Assembly (NCBI GenBank): GCA_036769505.1
Contig: DAIPKY010000002.1
Location: forward strand, 22,235-86,234
Direction: 5' to 3'
Length of the DNA stretch: 64,000 nt
Origin: Nitrososphaeraceae archaeon
GTDB lineage: Archaea > Thermoproteota > Nitrososphaeria > Nitrososphaerales > Nitrososphaeraceae
Made by a program: the position numbers and the translations under genes. Shown one piece after another: positions 10,033 to 20,608 of the stretch (within the stretch, counting starts at the first letter, position 1; each line of letters opens with the position of its first letter). Below the pieces are notes generated by a model. That model had not been told where the DNA came from, did not search any database, and saw only the letters and a program-made list of their open reading frames with translations.

Positions 10033-11196
10033 CTAATTTTTAAGTGATTCTCCTCCTTTTCTATTTCTATAATACTGATATAGAAATGTGGCTGCAACCA
10101 ATGTTATCGCTAATCCAATGAGTAATGAAGAAATAAGATTAAAAGGACTGGTTCCTTCAGTTAGTACTGACGTAAATTGTAAGATTGGGTAATATAATAA
10201 AATCAATATAACTAATCGCAAAATATCTGACATAGTTTTAATACTTCCCCTAAACCAATTACTTAATAAAGTACCAGATAATATAGTTCCAATCCCAATC
10301 CACAATAGCAAAATAGTACCTCTAATGAAACTTCCAACTATCTCTTTGTTGGTAACAATTTCAAAGTTTGACATATCCTCCCTAACAATTCCCTCTGGTA
10401 TATGTGAAAGACCATTCACTATAGATACTACTATTATTAATAATCCTGAAACCAAAGAAAAAATCTTTATAAAACTTGTAGGAGTTGGCTTACCAAGTGC
10501 ACTTAGTGCTTTATCAATGTCAAATGCACGTATGATAAACGCACAACCCAAAATGCTTAGAACCAAGGCAATAGCCTCCCTTGTCAATCCAAAAATAGTT
10601 GATATTCCACTTGCTACCAATAAGGCGCCGGGGACTCCAAGGAAGAATTTTGAATACCTAGGATCATAGATCAACATTTTGATATATTTAGCAAATATTG
10701 CATAGGAATATTCTACACTTCTACTATGTTTAATCACTATTCGTTGTACCGAGATTATGGGCACCATAGATTGAATTACGGGAACCAGCGTCTCATCATC
10801 TTCACCGTCAGAAACAATTACAGAAGCGTCAGCTTTTAATTTATTAACAATATATTTTATTTCAGAACCAATTTTTTCGTCTCCTTCAACTCCTCTGTTA
10901 TATCTTCCCGCAACGAGTGCCACTTCCACATTATACCCTCTTTTCAGTAGGTCTTCATAAGTTTTTACTGCTGCAAATATGGCATTCGCATCTGAATCTT
11001 CAGGATCTTCGATTGCTAAACGAATACCAGCGTTGATGCAGGAATCTCTACCAATTACAGGAGTATCTATTCCACCTTTAGATCCTATATCATCATCTCG
11101 ATCGATACATAGTACAATTATACAGTTAAAACTCTGATTTTGTCTCGCGATTAAATCTCTTATGGATAGATTCTCTGCATTATTACCATTTGACAA
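10033..11196 (-). CDS. DUF373 family membrane protein
   Basis: LCIDRDDDIG, DPEDSDAN, VSDGEDDE followed by several TM helices. Confidence 0.85.
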   Translation of the reverse strand: MSNGNNAENLSIRDLIARQNQSFNCIIVLCIDRDDDIGSKGGIDTPVIGRDSCINAGIRLAIEDPEDSDANAIFAAVKTYEDLLKRGYNVEVALVAGRYNRGVEGDEKIGSEIKYIVNKLKADASVIVSDGEDDETLVPVIQSMVPIISVQRIVIKHSRSVEYSYAIFAKYIKMLIYDPRYSKFFLGVPGALLVASGISTIFGLTREAIALVLSILGCAFIIRAFDIDKALSALGKPTPTSFIKIFSLVSGLLIIVVSIVNGLSHIPEGIVREDMSNFEIVTNKEIVGSFIRGTILLLWIGIGTILSGTLLSNWFRGSIKTMSDILRLVILILLYYPILQFTSVLTEGTSPFNLISSLLIGLAITLVAATFLYQYYRNRKGGESLKN

Positions 11197-11427
11197 AAGA
11201 GGACCTCTTTATTTTTATCAATTTTCACATTAATTAATTTATCTAATATTAGTAAATATTGGTTTGGATTCTAATATTGAAACTTTGATAATTGTTTTAG
11301 GAATAAGAAATAAGTTATAGAGTTAAAACAATTAGAATAAAATTTTATCTAATCAATCCAAGTTCGAAGGGGATTATCTAAGCAAAGAAGTAAATAGCTG
11401 GAAATAAATGAATGTGTTATGCATTCT

Positions 11428-12891
11428 CTACATATATTGTAGATCATTATCTTCTTTCCATAAATTTATTCTTTGATGAAACCAAGGATAAAAACTTGTA
11501 TTCTTATCCTCAAATTGTTTCTTAATTATTTTCGCAATTGTTTTAGAGACTTGTCCTGGTTCACCATAAATTTCCTTCTTATTCTTTGATTTTATTCCAA
11601 AATCTTCAAATTTATCATACAAATGATTCACCATTGAGGTAATCCATTCCGAATTTATTGGTGGAATCAGTAAGTTACTTTTAGCATCAAAAATGGTTTC
11701 AGGTCTATCGGTGTTTAATCTGATAGTAAGAGATAATACATTTTTAAAATATAATAATTCCTCTTGCATAGAACCTGAATCGGTCATCTCTGCCCAACAT
11801 CGTCCACTATCTAAGAACTCTATTACTTGCCCATATTCTTTCCATAAAGGAGTAATTAAGAATTTTTGAGGAAATTCTTCTGCAAGTAATCTAAGTTTTT
11901 CTTCCAAACCATAAAATTTCAATGCGGATTTTGTCGCGTTGAGCATAACTAATACAACCTTGTGATCTGAATATTTTACAATATTAACTAATCCATGGAA
12001 TATAGACTTAAAGCGATGTTCAGTTAGATTTTCCCTTCTATGTATATCCATTCTTATCCATTTTCCTTTTTCTAATTCAGGATATAAGTCAAAAATACTT
12101 TGAGAAACTTTTTGTTTTCTTTTTAGATATATAGCATCTACCACTGAATTACCAACAACGTGAACAAATTCATCAGGGTAGCCTTCTTTAACAAGATTAT
12201 CTTTATTCAATTGAGTTGGAGCAAAAAAATATTGTGTTCCAGCAGAACAAATCCAGGTATCTATTTGTTCTGGAAAAGGTTCTTCTCGTGCGACAAACCA
12301 TTTTCCATCAAATTGTTCTTGAATATATTTTTCAATGAGATCTAACGTAGGTTCTTGTGTAATTTTTAATTTTTTCATAATTTCAGGACTCATTGATCTT
12401 AATCCTGCCTCGTTTTGAGCTACCTTTTGGCCCATTCCAAAAACCCAAGCTAATGGAGCTATTCCTGCAACTAATGTGTCGCCATGAACTACTGGAAGCA
12501 ACTTGGATGTAGAACCAAATTCTTCTTTACAAAATCGTCCAAAAGACCCAAATTTAAGAATCAATTCACTTGCTTTTTCCATAAGATCTCCTCTAATTTG
12601 CAAATCACAACCAACCGATTCTTCTAATTTAAATTCCTTAATTCCAAAACCTAACACATCATCAAAATGCTGACCGGTATCTATAACAAATACAGGAAGC
12701 TTTTCTCTTTTTGCCTCAACAACCAACGGGGCTTGTTTATAGAAATCAGGCTTAGTACCGATAACTACGGAAAGTATTGGACTATTTTCTAATTTTGCTG
12801 TATTAAAAATATCTCTTAATAAAGCACTATTAACGTTTATAGGTAAATTTTGTTTCGATATCTCGATCTTTTCGATATTTGTAGTCCTCAA
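11428..12891 (-). CDS. UDP-N-acetylglucosamine 2-epimerase family (WecB-like)
   Basis: GTKPD, TGQH, VHGDT, EAGLRS, VGNSVVDA, HRREN, TDSGSMQEE, TDRPE. Confidence 0.85.
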   Translation of the reverse strand: MRTTNIEKIEISKQNLPINVNSALLRDIFNTAKLENSPILSVVIGTKPDFYKQAPLVVEAKREKLPVFVIDTGQHFDDVLGFGIKEFKLEESVGCDLQIRGDLMEKASELILKFGSFGRFCKEEFGSTSKLLPVVHGDTLVAGIAPLAWVFGMGQKVAQNEAGLRSMSPEIMKKLKITQEPTLDLIEKYIQEQFDGKWFVAREEPFPEQIDTWICSAGTQYFFAPTQLNKDNLVKEGYPDEFVHVVGNSVVDAIYLKRKQKVSQSIFDLYPELEKGKWIRMDIHRRENLTEHRFKSIFHGLVNIVKYSDHKVVLVMLNATKSALKFYGLEEKLRLLAEEFPQKFLITPLWKEYGQVIEFLDSGRCWAEMTDSGSMQEELLYFKNVLSLTIRLNTDRPETIFDAKSNLLIPPINSEWITSMVNHLYDKFEDFGIKSKNKKEIYGEPGQVSKTIAKIIKKQFEDKNTSFYPWFHQRINLWKEDNDLQYM

Positions 12892-13311
12892 TTAAATCTC
12901 CCTGTTTTTAATTCCTTTTGTAGTTTTTAAATAAACAATAGATCCAATAATAAGTATTGCTATTCCTCCAAGTATAAAAATATAAGGAACTATGAGAAGA
13001 ATGGGATGAAAAAATTCACTGTTTATATGCGAAGCAAGAGAAAGAGCAGCTAGCATACCTATTATGAAAATGAGTCCAGTAAAAGACAAAAGTATTCCAC
13101 TTAATTTATTACCATAGTTTTTTAATAAAACGAATGATATCCCGGCTAAGATAATGGAAGGAGCACCAGAAATAGATAGTGTTTTAACAACTACTCCTCG
13201 AACATCGACAAACCTTTCTGGTCCTTTTCCTTCACTACCAATTAAAAAATTATAAAAGGAAAGAACTAACAATACAAACATTATTGCTAATCCTAGAGAT
13301 GCTATTGACAA
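12892..13311 (-). CDS. membrane protein (about 4 TM)
   Basis: Hydrophobic helices; abuts the downstream gene. Confidence 0.7.
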   Translation of the reverse strand: MSIASLGLAIMFVLLVLSFYNFLIGSEGKGPERFVDVRGVVVKTLSISGAPSIILAGISFVLLKNYGNKLSGILLSFTGLIFIIGMLAALSLASHINSEFFHPILLIVPYIFILGGIAILIIGSIVYLKTTKGIKNREI

Positions 13312-13346
13312 CCAACTTTCGAGGCCGACGCTTTTTTTTAATATAA

Positions 13347-14375
13347 TTATTCAACTCCAACGATTTTTGCAATTTCTTTCCGTGCTGCAGCCCCCAATTT
13401 TAATGCGGCGGTTTCAGGAAGAATACTATTTACGAAAACACCAAAACCTTTTTCTAATCCAGTGAGATCATTGATATGTGGGTAAATTTCAATATGCCAA
13501 TGAAATTGTCTACTATTCTTCTTTTCTGGTGATAGCTGAAAAATTAGATTAAAAGATGGATTGTTTAATACTTGTGCCATGCCTCCTAGAGTTGATCTTA
13601 AAATCATAGCGAGGTCAAATATTTCTTTCTGAGAAATTTTTGTTAGAGTTGTAGAATGTTTTTTTGGATAAATTGCAAACTCAAAAGGATAAATCGAAGC
13701 CCAGGGACAAAATGCAATAAAATTATCTGTCGCAAGTATTTGTCTAGGTCCATCCAGTTCCGTAGAAATCGCAATACAAGAAGGACAATTTCCATTTTCA
13801 TTCACATATCGATGGGATAATAATGCCTTGGATTCAATAAAAGGAGGAACTTCTGAAAAAGTAACAATATTAATATGAGAATGATCAATTTTTGTTCCAC
13901 ATTTATTTCCATTATTTATGTAAACAGAAACATAAGTAACTTTTTTCTGAGAATAGAGCCATCTTATTCTATCCTGTAAAACTAGAAGCACATTACACCA
14001 TTGTTCCACGGAAATGTTGGAGAAACTATCACTGTGATTGGGTGTTGCTACTAGAATCTGATGGTAGCCGTAAGCTGGTTCACTATATAAAGGCTTATCA
14101 GTATAGAGAGTAGAATTACTTTGCGCTATGATAGGTGTATTACTATTGAAGACTCTTACACTCCAATTTTTAATTATATTTCCTTCAGAGTCGGATAATC
14201 GCTGGAGAATTCCACTTTTAATGACAAGTGACACTAATGCAGAAGGTGTATAATTTTCGTTGCCTGGACAATAGGGGCAAATTGTGTTTGAAGAATTATC
14301 CTTCTTTAATTCATCTAAATTACTTGGATAGATTACAAATTTATCCATGACATAATCCTTTCTTAATTCTCCCAA
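13347..14375 (-). CDS. galT: galactose-1-phosphate uridylyltransferase family (HIT superfamily)
   Basis: ELRKD, CPYCPGNE, HSH, CPSC, HWHIEIYP, GLEKG. Confidence 0.8.
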   Translation of the reverse strand: MGELRKDYVMDKFVIYPSNLDELKKDNSSNTICPYCPGNENYTPSALVSLVIKSGILQRLSDSEGNIIKNWSVRVFNSNTPIIAQSNSTLYTDKPLYSEPAYGYHQILVATPNHSDSFSNISVEQWCNVLLVLQDRIRWLYSQKKVTYVSVYINNGNKCGTKIDHSHINIVTFSEVPPFIESKALLSHRYVNENGNCPSCIAISTELDGPRQILATDNFIAFCPWASIYPFEFAIYPKKHSTTLTKISQKEIFDLAMILRSTLGGMAQVLNNPSFNLIFQLSPEKKNSRQFHWHIEIYPHINDLTGLEKGFGVFVNSILPETAALKLGAAARKEIAKIVGVE

Positions 14376-14573
14376 GGTAATTCTTTTTACGTCATGGTTT
14401 CCTTTAATTAAAGGTTCTGAATAATTAATTATATACTCTCTGCATGGTAAAAGATATTTTTACCTAATTTATTAAAAATACTTACTGCTATGTAATTATT
14501 TTAACTAATATACATTTAACAGGTTTTTACAATCAATAAGTTTAAAATATAGCTGATATCTTGATAAAATATC

Positions 14574-14828
14574 ATGACAATGCCAAAAGGTTTTGGATCA
14601 AATGTAAGTCAAAATGGAAAAAGAAATTTTAATGATTGGTGGAATTCTGTCCCTGCAGATTTGAAGCAAAAAGCTAGGAAAGGAGATGAAAATAATAAAC
14701 CTTTATTGAACCAGGTAAACTATGTACTTTTACATCTTCATTTAGCAGGTAAACATGATGCTAAACCCTCTCATGAGGAACTTAAGGATTGGCTTCATAG
14801 CGGCCAAGTAGATGTACTACGAAAGTAG
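14574..14828 (+). CDS. hypothetical protein
   Basis: 84-aa ORF, TTTAAAAT box about 25-30 nt upstream, T-rich tract downstream. Confidence 0.7.
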   Translation: MTMPKGFGSNVSQNGKRNFNDWWNSVPADLKQKARKGDENNKPLLNQVNYVLLHLHLAGKHDAKPSHEELKDWLHSGQVDVLRK

Positions 14829-15030
14829 TAGGCTTCTCTTAATTTTTTTATAATAGTTAATATTCATTTTTATCTTTGTTTTTTTTATTTAACGAAAAGT
14901 CGTTTTTTAATTATTTAAGATGAGGGGCAGAAGAAGAAGACTTATTTAAATTTTCTCAAACTAACCTGTAAATTTAATCTAACTCTATAGAGAAAAAAGA
15001 GGATAAAATTACTGATGATTACCTAAAAAA

Positions 15031-16083
15031 TTATTTAAATTCTTCTTGCAATACTTTCTTTTTTTTACTTAGTTCAAAAACCTTATCCGTATGCAAAAGG
15101 GCTTTTTTCCTAGGTCTTTTGAAAAGGAGCGACTGAACCAGAAGATGGTTTTCAGGAATTACCATCCCAGTTTGATCATCAGAATAAGAAATTTTGAGAA
15201 TATCATCTTGGCTCCTCATTACTTCTTGGTGGATATGAATCATATTGGTATCCCCATGTAGAAATCCCATCTCTAGAGCCTTTTTTCGTATATCTGCAGT
15301 TCCCTTCGCAGTATTTAGAATAGATACACCAAATTCATTGTCGAAAATATCCAAGACTTCGTCTTTAGTCGGTGCCTTATCTTTAAATCTTATTGACATT
15401 TGATGTAGGTGCATCATTCTTGATGGGACTTTATAGGCATCAACAAATAGTTTTATGTTCGGTATAAAATCTTTCACATCATCTTGATGATGAGGGCTCT
15501 TATCCCATTGAATGGAATCCTTTACTTCATTTAAATCTTCCAAATCTGCCCATCGTCTAATAAGTGTGACATCGTATCTAAGAATTCGATTACCAAATTG
15601 ATCAATTAAAGGTTGAATCACCCGTCCCATTCCAGAGACGTTACAACTCCCTTGAATAACATAAGACTTTCCTACGACTTTGTTATAATTAACTCTAGAG
15701 TTATGAATAATGTCAGCAACAGAATATTTACCTTCTCTATCTTCTCCACCTTGAAATATAGCCATTTTTTTCATGGGTAAATAAAATTTTTGTTTGTTTT
15801 CGTATCCCAACCCTTCCTTTGATGCATCTATTACAATATCACTCTCTTGGATAGCATCCTCAATGAAACCGGTAAACTCTAGTTTATTATTTTTAAATTC
15901 TTGTTCGATAGATCGTGGAATAAAAACTTTATATCCTTTGGATATTGCTTCTTTTGCTCTTTCATCCGGTTTATATTTCGCTATACCAACCAAATCTACT
16001 TCTCTGTCCAAATTAAATGCTGAAGCTAATCTTCTTCCGATATTACCATATCCATTAATGAATAATTTAATCATTTCAACCAC
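15031..16083 (-). CDS. gap: archaeal type II glyceraldehyde-3-phosphate dehydrogenase
   Basis: INGYGNIGRR, FQGGE, SCN, RRWAD, HHQDDV, MHLH, VIPEN. Confidence 0.9.
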   Translation of the reverse strand: MVEMIKLFINGYGNIGRRLASAFNLDREVDLVGIAKYKPDERAKEAISKGYKVFIPRSIEQEFKNNKLEFTGFIEDAIQESDIVIDASKEGLGYENKQKFYLPMKKMAIFQGGEDREGKYSVADIIHNSRVNYNKVVGKSYVIQGSCNVSGMGRVIQPLIDQFGNRILRYDVTLIRRWADLEDLNEVKDSIQWDKSPHHQDDVKDFIPNIKLFVDAYKVPSRMMHLHQMSIRFKDKAPTKDEVLDIFDNEFGVSILNTAKGTADIRKKALEMGFLHGDTNMIHIHQEVMRSQDDILKISYSDDQTGMVIPENHLLVQSLLFKRPRKKALLHTDKVFELSKKKKVLQEEFK

Positions 16084-16190
16084 TAAAACTTCTTAATTAA
16101 ATCCATTAAAAGTATAATATATTTTTATTTTGACTTGTTGATATTTGAAATGTTTAAATTGACTCCTCTTATTAATAATTTTTAATTTAC

Positions 16191-16778
16191 ATGAAGATTT
16201 TGATTATTGATAATTACGATTCTTTTGTTTATAACATTGCACAATCACTTGGGCAATATAATATTACAACTTATGTTTATCGAAATGACAACATTACTCT
16301 TAGCAAAATAAAAAAGTTGGGTATAGATGCAATAATAATATCACCCGGACCTGGAAATCCAGAAGATAGGAAATACTTTGGAATATGCAATAATATTATA
16401 AAGATCTTAGGAAAAGAAATCCCACTTTTAGGTATATGCTTAGGACACCAAGGAATAGTATCAGCATTCGGTGGGAAAATCACCAATGCAAGTATCACTA
16501 GGCATGGCAAAACAAGTGAAATATATTATAAATTCGATCCCTTGTTTGAAGATGTTAAAAACCCTTTTCTAGCTACCCGTTATCATTCTCTAATAGCGGA
16601 TAAAAAAACCTTTCCTAAATGCCTTGAAATAACAGCAAATTCATTAGATGATAATGAGATTATGGCTATAGCTCACAAAAAATATCCTATTAAAGGAGTT
16701 CAATTTCATCCTGAATCAATATTAACGGGTGAAGGATTAAAAATATTAAACAATTTTATTTCATTCATAAAAAAATGA
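16191..16778 (+). CDS. trpG: anthranilate synthase component II (glutamine amidotransferase)
   Basis: IDNYDSF, ISPGPG, GICLGHQ, RYHSL, QFHPES. Confidence 0.9.
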   Translation: MKILIIDNYDSFVYNIAQSLGQYNITTYVYRNDNITLSKIKKLGIDAIIISPGPGNPEDRKYFGICNNIIKILGKEIPLLGICLGHQGIVSAFGGKITNASITRHGKTSEIYYKFDPLFEDVKNPFLATRYHSLIADKKTFPKCLEITANSLDDNEIMAIAHKKYPIKGVQFHPESILTGEGLKILNNFISFIKK

Positions 16779-17860
16779 GCAATACAGAACTTTCTGAACT
16801 TCATGTGAAGAACATATTAAATAAAATCTCTTCTAACAAAAATTTAACATATCCTGACGCTATAGTAATTTTCAAAAATATAGTTGAAGGTAGAATTCAA
16901 GACTATTATTCTACTTCTATTCTCAAAGAGATTTCAAGGAAAGGGGAGACGGTAGATGAAATACTTGCAATGGTCCAAATTATTAAGGAGCTTTCAATAA
17001 CCATTCATCCGAACATCAAAAATAACATATTTGATATTTGCGGTACTGGTGGCTCTAAAATCAAAACATTTAACATTAGTACTGCATCTGCAATTGTTGC
17101 TGCTTCTGCTGGTTGTAATATAGCAAAACATGGTAATCGAGCAGTTTCTGGTATCTGTGGAAGTGCAGATTTTTTGGAATATATTGGTTTGAACTTAAGC
17201 AATCCACCCCATGTGGTATCGAGTTGTATTGAAGAATTAGGAATAGGTTTTTTATTTGCGCCGTTGTTTCATCCTGTATTAAAAAACGTTTCGAAATTAA
17301 GGAAGGAAATAGGTATGAAAACAATCTTTAATATTGCAGCACCATTATGTAATCCATGTGATAACTTAAGTGGCCAGATCATAGGTATATATGATTCTTC
17401 ATTTTTACATAAATTTGCTGAAGTTACAAAAAAACTCAATAGAAATTTTATACTTGTGAATTCAAATGATGGTATTGATGAAATATCGACTACTTGCGTT
17501 AATGAGATAATCCGTGTTAACAAAGGAGAAATCATCAAATTTAATGTAAATCCTCTTGAGTTCGGAATACCCTTGGCATCCCTAAATAACCTAACTATTA
17601 AAAATAAGGAAGATTCAATAGAACTGACTCTAAAATCTATTTATGGATTGGCTCGCAAAGAAATCGAAGATATCGTAGCTTTAAATTCCTCTTCTGTATT
17701 AGTTCTTTCTGAAATCGCTAAAAACCTTCAAGAAGGAATTGATATTTCTCGCTCAGTAATTAGAGAAGGTAAAGCTAGAAAAAAATTAGAAGATTTAATT
17801 ACATTTTGTGGAAATAAAGAGAGATTATACGAAATAGAAAAAAAATTGGATCTCGCTTAA
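16775..17860 (+). CDS. trpD: anthranilate phosphoribosyltransferase
   Basis: DICGTGG, FNIST, KHGNR, GSADFLE, FAPLFHP, DGIDE. Confidence 0.92.
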   Translation: MSNTELSELHVKNILNKISSNKNLTYPDAIVIFKNIVEGRIQDYYSTSILKEISRKGETVDEILAMVQIIKELSITIHPNIKNNIFDICGTGGSKIKTFNISTASAIVAASAGCNIAKHGNRAVSGICGSADFLEYIGLNLSNPPHVVSSCIEELGIGFLFAPLFHPVLKNVSKLRKEIGMKTIFNIAAPLCNPCDNLSGQIIGIYDSSFLHKFAEVTKKLNRNFILVNSNDGIDEISTTCVNEIIRVNKGEIIKFNVNPLEFGIPLASLNNLTIKNKEDSIELTLKSIYGLARKEIEDIVALNSSSVLVLSEIAKNLQEGIDISRSVIREGKARKKLEDLITFCGNKERLYEIEKKLDLA

Positions 17861-18224
17861 AAATTCAAGTGCTGGTATAACACAAATACAAATACGATAT
17901 TATGTTAGCAATTATTCAAATATTTGTGTTTATATAATACTCAAAACTTTTTCAAATGCAGGTAATTGTTATTTAGTTAATAATTTATCATCGGAAATTA
18001 TTGCTGGTAATTGTATATACTATATACTAGTACAAAACCAACTGAATTCAATTTTTGTTTTTTCTCATACTCCAAATAATATTTTATTTGGAAATTTACA
18101 TAGACAAAATAAAAATAAATATAGAAATGTGCACTAGATTAGTTAATAGTTAAATAGTCATAATCCAAAGAAATTCTGTTCTAATGCAAATGCTTATATG
18201 AGTTTATAAAAATATGATACGACA

Positions 18225-18587
18225 TTGAGCTTCCAATTCACTATATTAGAAGATAAATTAAACCTAATGTTAAATAGGAGAGAATTAAAAATTTTCTTGA
18301 AAAATGCTGCAGGAAAAATTAGTAAAATTGAGCTAGTCAAAATAATAGCAAAAAATTTTAATGAAGATGAAAAAAAAATCTTTCCTATTTCACTGGATGG
18401 TGAAAAAGGAAAAACCAACATTACCGCTACTCTTTTTATCTATGAAAATGATGAAATTGCAAAAAAACATCTGCCAAAGTATAGAATTCTTAGAAAATTA
18501 CCAAAAGAAGATAGAAAGAAACTAATTGATGAAGAAAAGGCTGCAAAATTGAAAGCCAAACAAACTTCTAAGGCAGATAATAAATAA
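18225..18587 (+). CDS. rps24e: 30S ribosomal protein S24e
   Basis: NLMLNRRE, G-x-x-G-K, IYEN...P.Y; upstream of rps27ae as is usual in archaea. Confidence 0.8.
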   Translation: MSFQFTILEDKLNLMLNRRELKIFLKNAAGKISKIELVKIIAKNFNEDEKKIFPISLDGEKGKTNITATLFIYENDEIAKKHLPKYRILRKLPKEDRKKLIDEEKAAKLKAKQTSKADNK

Positions 18588-18601
18588 GCGTGGTGATATG
18601 A

Positions 18602-18787
18602 ATGGCTGATAAAAAAGATAAAAAAGATTCTCAAGTTTACAAGTTCTACAAAATAGATGGTGATTCTGTAGAACGTATCAAGAGAGATTGTCCAAGATGT
18701 GGAAAGGGAGTCTTCATGGCTGTCCATAAAGATAGACAAACTTGTGGCAAATGTGGGTTTACTGAATTTAACAAAAAAAAAGTATAA
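18602..18787 (+). CDS. rps27ae: 30S ribosomal protein S27ae
   Basis: [31 protein letters not shown] Shine-Dalgarno upstream. Confidence 0.95.
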   Translation: MADKKDKKDSQVYKFYKIDGDSVERIKRDCPRCGKGVFMAVHKDRQTCGKCGFTEFNKKKV

Positions 18788-19483
18788 TCTATAAAATCTA
18801 TATTTATTGTCTCAAATTAATGCTTTCTAGGATTGCTAATTTTTCTTTCAAATGCGTAATAATGGAAAAAACATTATCGATTTTATCGAGGTTGACACTT
18901 TTATCCTTTTACTAAGTTTTGTAATGAGAAGGCCCTCATTAATCCAGTGTTTTATTACTTTTTTCTAACGTAGGACCATTAAATCCATATTCAAATTTCT
19001 TTCTACACTTTGCACAATATATTTATCCTTTATGAATTACTATTTTTGAATCAACAAGATGTGTCATGCATTCATAAATTCCGTGGAGATGCTATCAATC
19101 AGCTCATCAGATACAATACATGACCAAGAATAGATAAGATAGACCTTTTTTGCCCATAAGATATTGAATGAGCATTAATTTGAACTACACTAGGCAATTT
19201 TACTTACATCTACAAGTGGGCTAGTCCTTGCGTACTACAATATCACATATTTCTAAAATTTAATTGCGGAATAGGAATTAATGAAATTAGGTTCTTTGTA
19301 AAAATATGGTAATTTTATATTAATAATACTTTACTATATTTTAGATTTTCTTTCACTATTTGAAATCTTTTTTTATTAACAAATTATAATGATTATTAGA
19401 AAGTTTATGGTCAAATTGGCTTAGTTACGTTTCTTTAGTGGATAACATGATTAATAGTCTAACTTCTAGTTTTGAATAAACAA

Positions 19484-20605
19484 TTACGAAATTAAAATGT
19501 CCATAATGTCGAATTTTAAACATTTACACTGATTGTGAAGTGCTAATGAAATATTTGGATGTATAAATTTTTGACCTTCAATAAATTGTCTTAAGAAAAG
19601 ACCGCTATCACATTCTAGATTAATTATCAAATGATATGGATCAAGTTTTTTAAATCCAATACGATAAATTTTTTTATAGAATATTTTTGATTTGTACCCA
19701 TATCTTATAATAGAATTATTTAATTTCATTAAATTCATGACATGGATTTTATTTATAGGATTAGATGTTTTTATAAATATTTTATTTTTAATTCTAAAAT
19801 TTCTTTTAACATTTTCTATAAAATCTTTTTTTTCTATAATTTTGAATGATATTCCATTCCGTGTAAAAACCTTGTTCATTTTTATTGTCCTTTCCCGGGG
19901 ATTAATAAGATGAACCAAAAATAATCGTCCTTTTCCTAATACTTGACTATTAGCGTCTTCACTCCCATACCACGAGAAAATCATCCTATCTGATCTAATC
20001 CAATCTGATAAAGTCTTTTCTATTATTCTTTGAATTGTTTGATTTTTCAAAATAATAGAATCAAGATTATTATTATGATTATTATTTAAAACATTTTTTT
20101 CCCTTTGAGACATAAATTTTTTCTTAGTATATCTACCTAGTAAATATAAAGAACGTGATAAAACCTTTATAGAATAATCATTGTTATCAGAAATATATAA
20201 ATTAATTGTAATGTCAGGATTGATAATGTTTAATTTCTTTTTAGATAGAGATTGAAATTTGTTCCTAATTTTAAAATTAAAAGATGATTTTATATCTTCT
20301 ATACCTTTTAATTTGTAATGTGACCTAATAGAGTCTTCTATATCAAACATATAAGATGGTAGTGTAGTTCCTATTGTAAATGATCGATAACTATAATTTT
20401 CTTGAAACTGAATCAGTTCAAACATTCTATATACAATTTCATTAATCTTAGTAAAAATTCCTTTACAGATAAAGCAGTTTATAGTATTTATTCTATAAGA
20501 ATGTTTAAAAGTCGGAAAATGTCTTTTTAGACACATATAACATAGCTGAGAATCAGAACCGAAGAAGTCTGAATAATTTAGATATTTAGATTTAGATTTA
20601 CCCAC
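19484..20605 (-). CDS. pus10: tRNA pseudouridine synthase Pus10, divergent
   Basis: N-terminal CxxC/CxxC, THUMP-like NPD segment, GRYTK, GSED...LGKGRLF, NPRER; next to srp54. Confidence 0.75.
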   Translation of the reverse strand: MGKSKSKYLNYSDFFGSDSQLCYMCLKRHFPTFKHSYRINTINCFICKGIFTKINEIVYRMFELIQFQENYSYRSFTIGTTLPSYMFDIEDSIRSHYKLKGIEDIKSSFNFKIRNKFQSLSKKKLNIINPDITINLYISDNNDYSIKVLSRSLYLLGRYTKKKFMSQREKNVLNNNHNNNLDSIILKNQTIQRIIEKTLSDWIRSDRMIFSWYGSEDANSQVLGKGRLFLVHLINPRERTIKMNKVFTRNGISFKIIEKKDFIENVKRNFRIKNKIFIKTSNPINKIHVMNLMKLNNSIIRYGYKSKIFYKKIYRIGFKKLDPYHLIINLECDSGLFLRQFIEGQKFIHPNISLALHNQCKCLKFDIMDILIS

Positions 20606-20608
20606 TAT

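Noticed and set aside
19085..19112. Minus-strand CTGATGA followed by a short stem, resembling a hammerhead core or C box
   Set aside because: No GAAA after the stem and no suitably spaced D box or terminal stem
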